In this document: positions 37,290-51,326 of the stretch, in pieces | Layout: every line of letters begins with the position of its first letter | How positions within the stretch are numbered: position 1 is the stretch's first letter | Source of the DNA: Vicugna vicugna | Taxonomy: Eukaryota | Direction of reading: 5' to 3' | DNA: 64,000 nt | NCBI GenBank assembly: GCA_013265495.1 | Contig: MU058198.1 | Coordinates: 1,810,419-1,874,418, forward strand | Program-made: the position numbers and the translations under genes | Notes under the pieces: model-generated | What the model was told of the DNA's origin: nothing | Database searches by the model: none | Seen by the model: the letters and a program-made list of their open reading frames with translations, nothing else

Positions 37290-38364
37290 TTTAAAAATTT
37301 TTTTCCATTTTTTAAAGAAAATTGGACTACAGTCCATTTACAATGTTGTTTCAATTTCTGATGTATAGCGTAATGTTTCAGTCATACATATACAAGGTTG
37401 CTACAAGATATTGAATATAGTTCCCTGTGCTATACAGTAGAAACTTGTTGGTTATCTATTTTATATATAGTAGTTCGTATCTGCAAATCTTGAACTCCCA
37501 ACTTACTCTTTTCCACTCCTATTCCACCCTGGTAACTGTAAGCTTGATTTCTATGTCTGTGGATCTGTTTCTGTTTTGAAAATAAGTTCACTTTTGACTT
37601 TTTTTTAGATTCCACATATAAATTATATCATATGGTATTTTTCTTTCTCTTTCTGGCTTACCTCACTTAGAATGATGATCTCCAGGTCCATCTGTGTTGC
37701 TGCAAATGACATTTTATTCTTTTTATGGCTGAATAGTATTCTATTGTATAAATGTACCACAACTTCTTTATCCAGTCATGTGTTGATGAATGTTTAGGTT
37801 GTTTCCATGCTTGGCTATTGTACATAGTGCTACTATGAACATTGGGGTGCCTGTATCATTTTGAATTAAAGTTCCCTTTGGATATATGTCCAGGAGTGGG
37901 ATTGCTGGATCATATAGTAAGTCTATTTTTAGTTTTTTAAGGAATCGCCAAACTTTTTTCTGTAATAGTCACACTAACCTACATTTCCACTGACAGTGTA
38001 GGAGGATTTCCTTTTGTTTTGATTACTGTAGCTCTGTAATATTGTCTGAAGTCTTGGAGGGTTATTCCGCCAGCTTTGTTCTTTTCCTTGCTTTGGCAGT
38101 TCTGGGTCTTTTGTGATTCCATATAAATATTAGGATTATTCATTCAAGTTCTGTGAAAAATGTCCTGGGTAATTTGATAGGGATTGCATTAAATCTGTAG
38201 ATTGCTTTGGGTAATATGCCCATCTTAACAGTATTAATTCTTCCAATCCAAGAGCATGAAATATCTTCCCATTTCTTTAAATCATCTTTCATTTTCTTAA
38301 TCAGTTTTTTATAGTTCTCCTCATATAAGTCTTTCATCTCCTTGGTCAGGTTTTATTCTTAAGT

Positions 38365-38408
<44 letters not shown>

Positions 38409-39510
38409 TGTGGTTTTAAAAGGGATTGTTTCTTTATTTTCCTTTTCTGATATTTCATTGTTAGTGTAAAGAAATGCAACTGATTTCTGTATGTTAATCT
38501 TGTATCCTGCTAGCTTGACAAATTTTTTTATCAGCTCCAGGAGTTTTTGTGTGGAGCCTTTAGGGTTTTCTATATATAGTATCATGTTGTCCCCATATAG
38601 TAAAATTTTTACCTCTTTTCCAATTTGGATCCCTTTTACTTCTTTTTCTTGTCTGATTGCTATGGCTAAGACTTCCAATATTATGTTGAATAGAAATGAT
38701 AAGAGTAGGCATCCTTGTCTTGTTCCAGATTTTAGTGGAAAAACTTTCAGCTTTTCACCATTGAGTATTATTTTGGCTAAGGGCTTTTCATAAATAGCTT
38801 TTATTATGTTGAGATGTGTTCCTCTATACGGTATATATGGTAACAGTTTTTATCATAAAAGGTGTTGACTTTTATCAAATGCTTTTTCTGCGACTATTGA
38901 GATAATCGTGTGATTTTTGTCCTTTCTTTTGTTGATGCGGTGTATCACATTGATTGATTTGCATATGTTGAACCACCCTTGTGTCCCTGGGATGAATCCA
39001 ACTTGATTATAGTGTATGATCTTTTCAATCTGTTGTTGGATTCTGTTTGCTAATATTTTGTTGAGGATTTTTGAATCTATGTTCATCAACAATACTGGCC
39101 TGTAACATTTTTTGGTAGTGTCTTTGATTTTTATATCAGGGTGATGGTGGCTTCATAGAATGAATTTGAGAATATTCCCCTTCAGTCTTTTGGAAGAGTT
39201 TTAGAGGGATAAGTATGAGTTCTTTGTATGGACACTTAAGTTACTTCCATGTCTTGGCTACTATAAATAGTGCTGCTATGAATACTGGGGTGCAAGTATC
39301 TTTTTGAATAAGAGCTTTTGTCTTTTCTTGATATATGCCCAGGAGTGAGATTGCTGGATCATATGCAAAGTCTGGTTTTAGTTTTTTAAGGACTTTCCAT
39401 ACTGTTTTCAATTGCAGCTGCATAAATTTACATTCCCACCAACAGTATAGGAGGGTTCTCTTTTTCCTACACCCTCTTCAGCACTTATTATTTGTAGACT
39501 TTTTGATGAA
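37290..39510 (-). mobile_element. Lineage-specific LINE-1 (3'UTR, deletion near 38012, ORF2 RT to about 39230) plus an adjacent L1 3' fragment (39230-39510)
   Basis: ORFs 38140..38337, 38397..38678 and 38853..39092 are L1 ORF2 ([33 protein letters not shown]). Confidence 0.92.
38364..38407 (+). repeat. (TTTA)11 STR inside L1
   Basis: Read directly. Confidence 0.95.
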
Positions 39511-39678
39511 TGAAGTTCTTGAATTGAATGGTCTAAGTGCGTTGGAACAGTTGTGAGATATTAGAAACAGAAAAAGTATCAGGCAAGTAGAATTATTGAG
39601 TTCTCTCTTTCTAAAATACATAGTAAGTGATCTGTATTGCATGCTGAGCCCGAGACCAGCATTGTTTTCTTATTCCAG

Positions 39679-39931
39679 GTGATCTGGAGGAGTATTTGGT
39701 GAATAGTCAAGAATGCATTTACTCGTGCATTATTGCATTTTCCATTGAGGTTAATGGAGACCAAAAGACAATTACCTTTTGGTTCAACGATGAGGCATAC
39801 CATTCATCATCGTTATCTCTAGCGGTATTAGATAATATTATTTTTAAGTCACTTTCTGGCCCTGATGCTTCCATTACAATCATCAACAAACCTCAGCCTA
39901 CACGTATTACTACTGGTAAATCTACTAGAGG
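39679..39931 (+). CDS. ABCA exon w14 (253 nt, phase 1-2), ECD2: DLEEYLV...FWFNDEAYHS...NKPQP
   Basis: attccag acceptor, AGG|gtatgt donor. Confidence 0.93.
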
Positions 39932-40156
39932 GTATGTATGCACTTTTATTTTAAGCTTTAAATAGATCCCCTATTCCCTATCTGACCATGTTCTTAATTA
40001 AAAGTTCATTTTAAAAGTTAATAAAATAATAAACTAGCTAATAATAATAAATTTAATTTATAATAAATAAATAATAATTAAAAGCTATTGTTAGAAAATT
40101 AGTATTTCCTACTTTGTTGTTTTACCAATGTGTTCTCTTTGTTCATTCTTTTGTAG

Positions 40157-40361
40157 AGGATTGTCAGGAATGTCTATAGCTTTAAATTTGTTTTTTGGAA
40201 TGAGTATTTTCGTCAGTGGCTTTTGTCTCCTGACAGTGACTGAGAGAGTCACTAGGGCAAAGCACATACAGTTTTTGAGTGGGGTTTATGCCATTAACTT
40301 CTGGCTCTCTGCTCTGGCATGGGACTTCTTCATCTTCTTCATTTCCTGCTGCTTACTAATG
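40157..40361 (+). CDS. ABCA exon w15 (205 nt, phase 2-0), TMD2: ...ERVTRAKHIQFLSGV...FWLSALAWD
   Basis: ttttgtag acceptor, ATG|gtgagt donor. Confidence 0.95.
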
Positions 40362-41827
40362 GTGAGTATTAGACAAAGGATTTTAAGAGCTCATTCACTA
40401 ATAAACCCCAGGAAATTTCTACTTGGCTAATATTAACTTAAATTTAAATTTCTCAAGAAAGATAAAAATTCCTTGGCTCATTATGTCAGAAAATACATTG
40501 TGGAATGTGTCCCATAGTGAAAATTTTCTATATACTTTAAAAAAAAATAAAATGCTATTGTTGCTGAAACAAGAATGTGTCTCTTGAGCTGGCTTCTGAT
40601 ATTCTTGCTCTTCAATATGAACATGCCACAAAGCTTCAATGAATATAGAAGGATACGACCAGTCGTACTAGAAGACCAGTCCCATATTAAACAAAGACAA
40701 TATTTTACAAATATTTTTCTCCTGCTCCTGGTGCTTTCCCATCTTGTCATCTGTTGAGATTCCTTGTTATATAAGACAGTCCTTTGGGCAGTTTTTGCAG
40801 TTTCCCTCAAGAGATTTTAAAACTTTATATCATGAACCATTCAAATTTTGTGTTTGTGTGAGTTTTTGAGCATTTGAATGTTGAATCATTAGTGAAAAGT
40901 TACTGAAACACTTATTATTGAAAGCAACATCAGGATAATTTTTGGTCTGTTTATGCTTGTTACTTTCCCCTCCTTTTTTGTATACTTCTATCCTATGGGA
41001 AGGGCAGTGAGACACTGCTATAAAGTTAAAGCAAACCTATTTGTTTCTCTTAGACGAGATGTAGGGCTTGGAGGCCAGTTTCACTGGCTCCCTTGTCTAT
41101 TAAAGGACTTAGGATCATTGTCCATAGGGCTGTAGAGTTGGAGTATTGTTCTGAGGAAGAGCTAGGATCCTACACAACCTAGAAAGATAAAAAGGATTAG
41201 ACAATGAAAATGGTATGGAGAGCTCCAGGGTAGAGAGGGAAACGTAATATTCTTTCTGTTGCCATATGCACTACTGTAGCCAAGGAGTTCAGTTCTGCTT
41301 TCCTCTCTTGGCTTCCCAGACAGCCACTCAGAAAGGTAAGGACAAACTGCTAACTTTGTGACGGCCACTAATCTTTTCTGTCATCGCAGGAACTAACTGG
41401 GGGAGCTAATGCAGGTATTGCCTCATGCTCCATGATCTCCCTCCTCCATTCTCTACCAAACACCCCTTACCATTCTATTCTACAAAAATGGGCCAAGAGC
41501 TTGAAAATCTTAAAACTTTTATTTATCTTTTTTAAAAACTGTCTAGTTGCTTTAACTGCATGCTGCAGGTTTGATATATTGTTTGATAAATCACTAATTT
41601 CCAAATATTTTCTAATTTCTAGAATATCTTCAAACTGTGAGGTTTTCTAGAAATGTATGATTTGAGTCTAAGCAGTTTGAAACTGTATTCATATCTTGGT
41701 GTCACTTTTCTCTGAGATTATATGAATTATTTTATCCATTTGAAATATGTTGAGCCATATTTTATGATCTAGCATGTGGTCAATTTGGTAAATATTTTGT
41801 GCGTACTTGATAAGAAAATAAACTTGT

Positions 41828-42750
41828 ACCAAGGTGGGGAGGTAAGGGGAGAAGGACAAATTAGGTGTATGGGATTAACAGATAGAAACTACTATACATA
41901 ACAGAGATAAGCAACAAGGATATACTGTATAGCTTGGGGAATTATAGCCATTATCTTGTAATACCCTATGATGGAGTGTAATCCGCAAAAATACCGAATC
42001 ATGATGCTACAATGGTTTCTTGGATGTGGCAGCAAGAGCACAAGAAGAAGAAATAAAAAGATAAATTGGACTTCTTGAAAATTGAAAAAAACATATAAAT
42101 CAAAGAGCACTGTCAACAGTGAAAAGGCAATCCACAAAATGGGAGAAAATATTTGAAATTACAGGCTTGACAAGGAATTAATATCCAGAAAATATAAGAA
42201 ATTCCTAAAAATTAACAACATACCCAATTCAAAACTGGGCCAAGAGCTTGAGTAGACATTTCTCCAAAGAAGCCCAATAAGTGTGTGAAAAGATGCTTGA
42301 CATCAGTAATCATTAGGGAAAAGTGAATCAAAACCATAATGAGATACCTCTTCATGCCTATTCAGATGGCTTCTATCAAAAAGAGAAAATGACAAGTGTT
42401 GGAAGGATGTGGTGAAACTGGAACTCTGTGCATTGATTGTGGGAATATAAAATGATGCGGCTGCTGTGGGAAAATGTACGGCACTTGTTCAAAAAATTAA
42501 ACATAGAATTGCCGTATGATTTAGCATTTCCACTAACAGTAGGATCCCAAAAGAATTGAAAGCAGGAATTTGAACAAATATTTGTACATTCGTGTTTTTA
42601 GCAATAATATTCACAATAGCCAACTGGTGGAACCAACCCAAATGTTCACTGATGGATAAATAGATAAATAAATGTGATGTACACATATAATAATATATTA
42701 TTCAATCTTAAAAAGTAATAAAATTATCATACATGTTACGACATGGGTTA
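41828..42750 (+). mobile_element. Two adjacent LINE-1 fragments (young 3'UTR piece 41828-42005, older ORF2 C-terminus 42005-42750)
   Basis: gggattaacagat...caacaaggatatactgtatagc; gaaaagatgct...cattagggaaa...caacccaaatgt. Confidence 0.8.
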
Positions 42751-43565
42751 AGTGATTGAATTCATTCCATTTCTCTTGAAATTGAAAGTCTGCTGTGACA
42801 GAAACAAATCAGCCATGCCTATAATATCCAAATAGTGATAGAGAATAGTAGCTATTTTCTGCTTAACCCTACTGTCCACTTCTCAAGGATGGTGCTACAT
42901 AAGCATTTAATAGTTCACAATAGATAACTCTGGAATATTTGGAGAAACTACAATTAATAAACTTACACAATGTAAATCTCTGGAAACTTATTTTCCTTAA
43001 CAGTGCTATGGGTTCTCTATTTCCTTACTTAGATCCCCTGTAGCTTTGGGCTTCCCTGTGTGCTTCTCACCTGAGTGTCTGAGATAGGGAGAGGAGGAGT
43101 AGGAAAACAAAGTAGAGCCAAGAGGCAGAATCTAAAAATAGAGAGCTGTGAAAAGTAGGTCCCTTATTATCACAGCTTCCAGCTTCCAGAATGAAAACCT
43201 TGACACAAAAGTTTTCCTACTAGGTGATACAATCTCTGGAAATATTGAGAGTGGGTTTATTTGGGGTTGGGCGAAGAGGAAGACAGACGATCCTTTGATA
43301 TTGCTCAAGGAGAACAAAATGAAACTGTTCCAAGTAGATAAAAACAAGTTTCAAGTAGATTGAAACAAGGAGAAAGGCAAGTAGAGGTCCTGCTCACTGA
43401 TAAGGAAAAAGTGGAAGTACCTCGCAGTCATACTTACAAAATTATCTGATCAATAAATAGTTCTGTGTTCTAACAAAGAAAGATTCTCTTCAAGTTTTTA
43501 GACTTGTGTTCTCAGATATTTCAGTTTTCTCCACTTTGACTTGACTTCTCTGTTCTGTGTCTCAG

Positions 43566-43788
43566 GTGGTGTTCATGTGGTGTGGATTGGAATTATTGGT
43601 CAAAGATTACCACTTTCTGGACACATTCTTTATCCTCATGCTGTTTGGTTGGTCTGTCATTCCCTTCACATACCTGATAAGTTTCCTGTTTGCTAGTCAT
43701 ACCAGTGCCTACATCAAGCTCGTCATATTTAACTATTGTGCTGGGATTTTTGGTGTAATTGCAGATCTCTTACTAAGTGAAACAAAAG
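43566..43788 (+). CDS. ABCA exon w16 (223 nt, phase 0-1), TMD2: ...LMLFGWSVIPFTYLISFLF...
   Basis: gtctcag acceptor, AAG|gtaagg donor. Confidence 0.95.
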
Positions 43789-44399
43789 GTAAGGACTTAA
43801 CACGATTTCCCTCTTTCCAGGGGAATGATTAAAGAGGAATTGGCTTGAAGATAAGAACATCACAAACTTGTTTGGTTCTGGGTTTCTGGGAAAAAATTAT
43901 GCTAGTGATAAGTTAACCTTTTATTGTAGTGTCACTAATACTATAGGAATTATGTTGTGTACAATGCAAAACAAATTATGACACTAATATTTTCACTAAC
44001 CCAATCCCCTTCCTTCAGGCCTTTTGATGCAGGATTTGCAGAATATTTATCTTTTTATTTTGAGATTCAGGAGAGATTGACTGGACTGGCAATGATCAGA
44101 AATAGGAGTTTCTTAGAAGACAGACTGCTGCCACTCTTATTAAATCACTCTACAAACATTAATCTGTTTTAAATAATCCAGTTACCCTTGGTCTTGCAGA
44201 GACTGAGAAGAATAGGTTTCCAACCCATTTACTGACCTTAGGCCTTGCCCTCCCATGAAAGAATTCCCTGAGTTAGCTGAAGACCTATTATAATACTCTT
44301 GCACACCTATTCAAGAGAGAATATTAAACTAGATGGGAAATAATCAATCTCTGAAGTAGACTACAAAACATGTAGTAACAAAAAAGAATAAAAACAATA

Positions 44400-47300
44400 T
44401 AGGGAGTAACCTCAGCAAAACAGCCAGGTAGGCAGCTCCAAGCAACCAGCCCTCCACAGAAACATTAAAAAAAAATCAGACACTTTCATAACCAACTCCA
44501 TCAGAACTCTGGAAAATGGTCAAGGTTTACAACCAAGGAAATGCTGAATCAAGAAGAAAAATTTCAAACAGTGGGAAAGATTTGTAGTGTTTTTACACAC
44601 ATTTCCCGACCTTGTCTTTTTCATGGCAGCAGTCTTGAAGACACAGTCATTGTTCCCATTGTGGGACCTTTATCCCTATTTCCCTAGGGAGCTAAGCAGA
44701 TCTTCACAAATTTGGGTATAGGTCTGTTCTCTTCTACCTGGGAGTTACCTGAAGAAATGATACGAGGCACTCATCTCTGTTTCACCTAACTCAGAACTCA
44801 GCAGGCATTAAAAGTAATAAGCATTGCTAAAAAATGTAAGGTCAATAAACAATTATCAGATGCCCAAGGAAAAATATGACAATTTATGCATGACACTGCC
44901 TAAGGCAAGAGACATACATCCACAGAAAATTACTTTGGGAAATTAGGGCATTCAAAATCACCCGTTTTCGACAGCCACACACATACTTGCTTGCTCAAGA
45001 AGCACCTGTGAAGACCATAAGCTTTCACTTTGGGCTGATTCCTAGGCTCATTGCAAGTCTGGCTAAGTATTGAAAGAGGGTTACAACACAGAGATGTCTT
45101 CAAACTTTGGTAGAGTTTTGTTTTGTTTTGTTTTACATTTAGACATTCAAAGAAATCCGTGTCAAACAAACCTAGGAACAGAGACCACTCATGTCAAGGA
45201 ATAAAATCTCAGCAAAAGTATTTGAGAAGGTTATTAGACACACTGAGTACTACAGCCTTCAACAATAAAAATGTTAGCAAATAATAGAAAACCCTAGAGA
45301 AGGTGGAGAACCTGTATTCCAAAGTTAGCATGTTATAATATTCCAATATCCAATTTTCAAGAAAGCTCACAAGGTATACAAAGAAACAGAAAAATATTGC
45401 CCATTCAAAGAATCAAAATTAACATAAACTGTCCCTCAGAAAGCCCGAAGACTTTAAAACTTCTGTCTTGAATATACTTGAAGGCCTAAGGAAAATAATG
45501 TGCACACACAAAAACAACCTAAAGGTTACCATGAGAATAATGTCCCGCAGAATAGAGATGAACAATAAAGAGATAAAAGTTTTTTAAAATAACTAAACAG
45601 AAATTAAAAGTACAATAGCTGAAATGAAAAAATTCACTGGAGGGATTCAAAATAGATTTAAGTGTGCAGAAGTGAATTTAGGTACAGGATAATTGATAGT
45701 ATTGATTCTGAGGAGCAGACAAAAAAAGTAGTGAAGAAAAGTGAACATAGCTTAAGGGGCCCATGGGACACCATCAAACAGACCAGTACACACATTATAG
45801 AGTCCCAAAAGGATAAGAGAGAGAAAAGAAGGAAGAAAGAATATTTCAAGAAACAATAGTCCCAACTTTGATGAAAGATGTGAATCTACAAATCCAAGAA
45901 GCTCAGTGAAGGATGAATTCAGAGATCCTCATGCAGACATGTTATAATAAAACTGTAGAAATTCAAAAGGAAGATCTTGTAAACATCAAGACAGAATCAA
46001 CTAACCAAGTACTAAAATTTCTTGATAAAATTAATAGTGGATATCACATTAAAAACCATGAAGACCAGAAGACAGTAAAAAAAATTTAAAACCTGTCAAT
46101 CAAGAATTCTAAACCCCAAAGAATCCTAAAGAAGATTACTGTAGTTAATGAAAAAATTAGCAAAATTTCAGGTTACAGGATTAACACACAAAAATCAGTT
46201 GTGTTTCTGTATACCAGCAATAAACAATTTGAGAATGAATTTTAAGAAAAGAAACTCCATTTATAAAGCATATAAAATAATGAAATGTTTAGGAAAAATT
46301 CCAACCAAGGAGATCAAAGACTTGTGCTAAAAACTGCAAAACGCTGCTGGAAGACATTAAACAGAACCTAAATACATGGAAAGATATCTGTGTTCATGGA
46401 TTAGAAGACTTAACAATGTTCAGATAATACTACCTAAAGCAGTCTACAGATTCAACATAATCTCTATAAAATTCCAACATGTATTTTTACAGAAATGGAA
46501 AAGCCAATCCTCAAACTCATACAGAATTGCAATTGGCACAGAGTGACCAAAACTAGAAAAAGAAAAAGAAAGTTGGAGGTCTCATACTTTTTGACCTCAA
46601 AACTTACTACATAGTTACAATAATTAAAACAGTATGGTACTGGCATAAGGACACATCTATAAAACAATAAATAGAATAGAGAGCCCTAACTAAATGTTTA
46701 CGTATGTAGTAAGTTGATTTTTCAACAAAGGTGTCAAGACCATTCATTGGGAGAAAGGATAGTTTTTTCAACAAATGACACTGAGAAAACTAAATAGTCA
46801 CATCCAAAAGAGTGAAAGCTGGATCCTACCTCATACCATATACAAAAATTAACTCAACATGTACCAATGACCTAAATATAAGTGCTGAAACCATAAAACT
46901 TTTGGAAGAAAACAGTAAATCTTAATGACCTTGAATTTGGCAATGGATTCTTAGACATGACACTGAAAGAACAAGCAGCAAAAGAAAAGATATATAAACT
47001 GGATAGCATCAAAATGTAAAACTTTTGTATATCAAAGGACATTAACAAAGCAAGAAGAAATCAACCGAATGAAGGAAATATTTGAAAATCATATATCTAA
47101 CAAAGGTCTAGTATCTAAAAGTACAGTGTATTCATGATTCAACAAGAAAAAGACAATTATTCCAAATAAAAAATGTGCAAAGAATTTAAACATAACATTT
47201 TTCTGAAGAAGATGTATAAATGGCCAACAAGCACATGAAAAGGTGCTCAGCATCATTAGCCACTAGGAAAATGCAAATCAAAACAATGAGATATCACGTC

Positions 47301-48018
47301 ATGCCCATTATGATGGTTATTATTTTTAAAAGTGAAATAACATATTTTGCCAAGAATGTGGAGAAATTAGAAACCCTGTACATTGCTGGTGGGAAAAGAA
47401 AATGGTGATGCGACCATGGAAAAGAGTTTGGCAGTTTTCCAAAAGGTCAAACATGGATCCACCATATGACTCAGAAATTTCACTCCTAGGTATATATCCA
47501 AACATTTTTAAATAAAGGACCAGAAAAAATATTTATACACCAATGTTCATAGTAGCATTATTCACAATATCTAAAAGTGGAAGCAATCTAAGTATCTACC
47601 AAAAAGTGAATAGGTAAACAAATACAGTATATCCATATAATGAAATGTTACTCATTCAGCTATGAAGTGAATAAAAATTTTTATACATGCCACATCATGG
47701 ATGGAACTGGAAGACATTATGCTAAGTGAAATAAGCAAACACATAAAGACAAATATTATATATTTCCACTTCTATGAGGTATCTAGAGTAGGAATTCATA
47801 AAGACAGAAGTAGAGTAAAGGTTACCAGGGCCTAGGGGTGGGAAAGTAGGGAGAGTCATATTTAGTGGGCACAGAGTTTTTCTTGGGGAAAATGAAAAAG
47901 TTTTGTCTAAAGATAGTGGTGATAATTACACTATACTGTGAATACATTTGTCGCCACTGAATTGTATACTTACAAGTAGTTATAATAATAATATTTATAT
48001 TTTAGCACAATAAAAAAA
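44400..48018 (+). mobile_element. Old LINE-1 (L1MB-like): 5'UTR, ORF1 remnant, deletion near 46115, ORF2 3' half, 3'UTR
   Basis: ORF1-like SEHSLRGPWDTIKQT (45662..45859); ORF2 [10 protein letters not shown] (47220..47408); ends gcacaataaaaaaa. Confidence 0.85.
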
Positions 48019-48730
48019 GTTATCTGAACAACTATATGTCCAGAATTATTCTTTCTGCTACCAGATTATGTGTATCTATACCAACTGTTATCCCCTTTGG
48101 GGCATACTTGGTATGACTTCATCACTTAGAAAATTAATATCTAGGGAACCTCACTTGTCCCCTATCATTCTTTGCTGGTCACCTCTCTTTTGTCAGTATC
48201 TGATAAATAATTTTTTGCTGAGACATATTTTATTTTTATTCCCAATTACCTGAACTCAGTCTTGAAGTCTTAATACCTTAACCTATAATCATGTTTTATA
48301 TTCCCTCATGTATATTCATGAACTATTATACACATTAATTTAATATTTAGAGAAATCTCAACTTTCAACTGATAAAATGTTCCTTAGCTCTTTCCCACTG
48401 TTGACTCCTAGGTTGAATTTCCTATTATGTCTTTGTTTCTTTATTGATCATACAGAATAAGAAATATGAAAAATAATCAGTATGGGTTTCCTATTCACAC
48501 CAGGTGAAAGGAAGACAAATTATATGGACACCAACTTTCCCCAAAAGATCTTCCAATTCCATAATTATCAACACAAACTATACTACAAGATATTTTAGTA
48601 GCAAGAGTTTTATGAAGATATTATGACTTTGTAATTTTTTCATAGTTTGATCAACTTGGGGAACTTTTATTTCCCAGGGTCAGCTCATATAATACAAAGC
48701 ATGATAATGTTATCATCTTTTAAATCACAG

Positions 48731-48889
48731 ACAAGAAAGCTGCTTCTAGAAGCCCCCTGCTTAATTCATTGATGTTGCTACCCATACATAATTTGGGGAT
48801 GAGCATCAGCAAATATTATGATATGGAAGAGAGAAAGAAGATATGTTCCTCAAATAAAAATATTCCTTACTCTATAGATTGTAGTAAAG
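48731..48889 (+). CDS. ABCA exon w17 (159 nt, phase 1-1): KKAASRSPLLNSLMLLPIHNLGMSISKYY...CSK
   Basis: aatcacag acceptor, AAG|gtgagt donor; LP...LGM motif; not in ORF track. Confidence 0.9.
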
Positions 48890-49134
48890 GTGAGTATCTG
48901 GAGCTCCCCAAGGCTCATCAGAATTACTACTAGTCAATTACTTATTGCATGTGAATAGCTCTACCTATATTATTTTGAATTTTCATAATAACCCATTATG
49001 TGTTGTTATCCTCACCTTGAGGAAACTAAAGCTTACACAAAACTGAATAACTTACTCTGTCACATGACTTAAATGAGTTAGAGCTAAGATTCAAAGCTTA
49101 TATGCATAGTGCAATTTCTCATGAGAAGTGATCT

Positions 49135-49660
49135 CTATGAGTGAATGGATAAAGAAAATATGGTATGTATATGATGGAATATTATTCAGCCATTAAACAG
49201 GAGGAAGTCTTGCCATTTGTAACAACATGGATATACCTTGAAAGCATTATGCTAAATGAATTAAGTCAGACAAAGACCAATACCATATTATCTCACTTAA
49301 CAGGTGGACTCTTTAAAAAAAAAAGAACTCATAGATAACAGATTGATGACTGGGGAGTGGCTTGGGTGAAATGGGTGAAAGGAATCAAAAGGCACAAACT
49401 TCCAGTCATAAAATAAAATCATTGGGATGTAATGATTCACAGCATGGTAACAACAGTTAATCATACCGTATCATATAATTGAAAGTTGATAAGACAGTAT
49501 TAAAAGTTCCTATTACAAGAAAAACACGTAACTACGTATAGTGATGGATGTTAACTAGATTGTAGTGAATCATGTCTCAGCATACAGAAGTATCAAGTTA
49601 TTATGTTGTATACCTAAAACTAATGCTATATGTCAATTATATCTCAATTTTATAAAGAAT
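49135..49660 (+). mobile_element. LINE-1 3' end (L1MA-type)
   Basis: gaatggataaagaaaatatgg...tatgtcaattatatctcaat. Confidence 0.85.
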
Positions 49661-49669
49661 TAATAAAAA

Positions 49670-50390
49670 ATAAGCATAAAATATATAAACCCACAGATTC
49701 AAGAAACTTAGTAAATTCTAAATATGTTAAAACCAAATAAATCCATGCCAAGATATAATCAAGCTTTGAAAACTAGAGATGAGAACATCTTGAAAGCAGC
49801 TTTAGAAAAGTGACACCTCATCCATAAGGACAAAACAATTCCCTAGTTTACAGAAGATTTTTTTAAAATCAGAAACCAAGAAGACCAGAGGAAGTGGCAC
49901 ATTATTTTTAAGTGCTGAAATAAAAAAACCTGTCAACTCAAAATTCTATATACATAGGAAATATCTTCTAAGAATGAAGGGGAAATCAAGACATTTTCAG
50001 GTGAAGGAAATCTACAGCAGTTTGTCACCTGTAGAAGTCCTAAAAGAATAGGCTGTATAGATTCTATAAACATAAATTAAATGATTGAAGAAGAAAGAAC
50101 ACTGGGAAGAGTAAGAAAATGGGTGAATACTGTATACTTTCTCCTCCTGAGTTTTCTTGAGTTCGGTGGTTAAAAGAAAAGTGATAACATTGTCTGAAAA
50201 TATTCTTAATGTATGTAGTGGGAATATTTAAGACAGTAATAAATGGGGAGGTTAAAGAGGTACAAATCATGGAAAAGTTTTTTCACTTCACTCAAACAGA
50301 TAAAAGGAAGACACCATGACTGTGGTAAGTTATGTATGCACAATGTAATGCTTCGGGTCATCACTATAAAAGGTACATACAGTAATACAC
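49670..50390 (+). mobile_element. Old LINE-1 ORF1/inter-ORF remnant
   Basis: cagattcaagaa...aagtgctgaaa...cctgtcaact...gaatgaaggggaaatcaagacattttcag. Confidence 0.7.
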
Positions 50391-50392
50391 TT

Positions 50393-50582
50393 GAAGGAAG
50401 GTAGGAAGGAAGGAAAAGAAGAAAGAAAGAAGGAAAGAAAGAAAAAAAGAAAGGAAGGAAGGAAGAAAGGAAAGAAAAAAAAGAGGAAGGAAGAAAGGAA
50501 AGAAAGGAAAGGAAGAAAGGAAGAAAGAAAGAAAGAGAAAGAAAGGAAGAAAGAAAAAAAAGAAATAGAAAAAGAAAAAGAA
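50393..50582 (+). repeat. About 190-bp (GAAA/GGAA)n polypurine low-complexity tract
   Basis: Almost exclusively G/A on the + strand; source of the spurious K/E/R ORF 50391..50603. Confidence 0.97.
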
Positions 50583-51326
50583 TATAATGCAGTTAAATTT
50601 TAAAACTGAATGAAAAATATTGCTGGTTATGTAAATATTTTCAGTTTGTAAAAATTCACTAGTCTTACACTTAGGCAGATTTCTATATATGTATATAATG
50701 TTTTAATACAAAGTTTTTTAAGAGCAAAAAAAAAAAAAGAAATTTGCTTATCTTCACCTCCTCCATGAGCGTACTGTTCTCCGTATCATGAATTCAGAAT
50801 CTTGTAACTATTAAATTTTTCTAATAAATGATTGGAAAAGTACCAGCTCTTGGGTAATTACAACTTAGTTTAAATGTTAGTGTTCCCTTACAGGTAAAAG
50901 TGTTTTATGTGTAATCATCATCAGATGATTCTTCTGCTCCTGCTCCAGTTTCAGAACCACTATATGAAATACTTTCAGAGAAAAAAAATATTTGGGGGCC
51001 AGGAGAGCCTCTGCTACCACCCAGTACTCTGATTAGTATTACGAGGCCAAATTCACCCAATGGTTCTGACCATCTGATATATGTTGGTAATGGATGCCTA
51101 GAACTACAGCAAGACAAAACTCATAGAATGAAAGCTTTTTGCCTAATAGATTTTGAAGATATTTTGCATGACATACAAATTTATTAAATATACCTTTAAA
51201 TGTATTAATTTTTTTGCTTATTTGATAACCATTCCATTTGGTTCTGTTTGTTGATTTCTTAGAGTTTGCTCACTGGGTTTATTTTTTTAAGTAAGCCTGT
51301 GTCTTTTGTGTTGTTTTTGTCATCAG

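Noticed and set aside
38140..39423. Reverse-transcriptase-like ORFs, possibly an active retroelement or novel RT system
   Set aside because: Fragments of a frameshifted, internally deleted LINE-1 ORF2; no intact ORF1 or ORF2 anywhere in the window.
50391..50603. 70-aa K/E/R-rich ORF
   Set aside because: Translation of the GAAA/GGAA low-complexity tract; no sign of a real exon.
50880..51190. cccttacag|gtaaaa site followed by a stop-free stretch, possibly an extra exon or retrocopy
   Set aside because: An in-frame TAA precedes the open stretch, I recognise no homology, and w17-w18 already join in phase.
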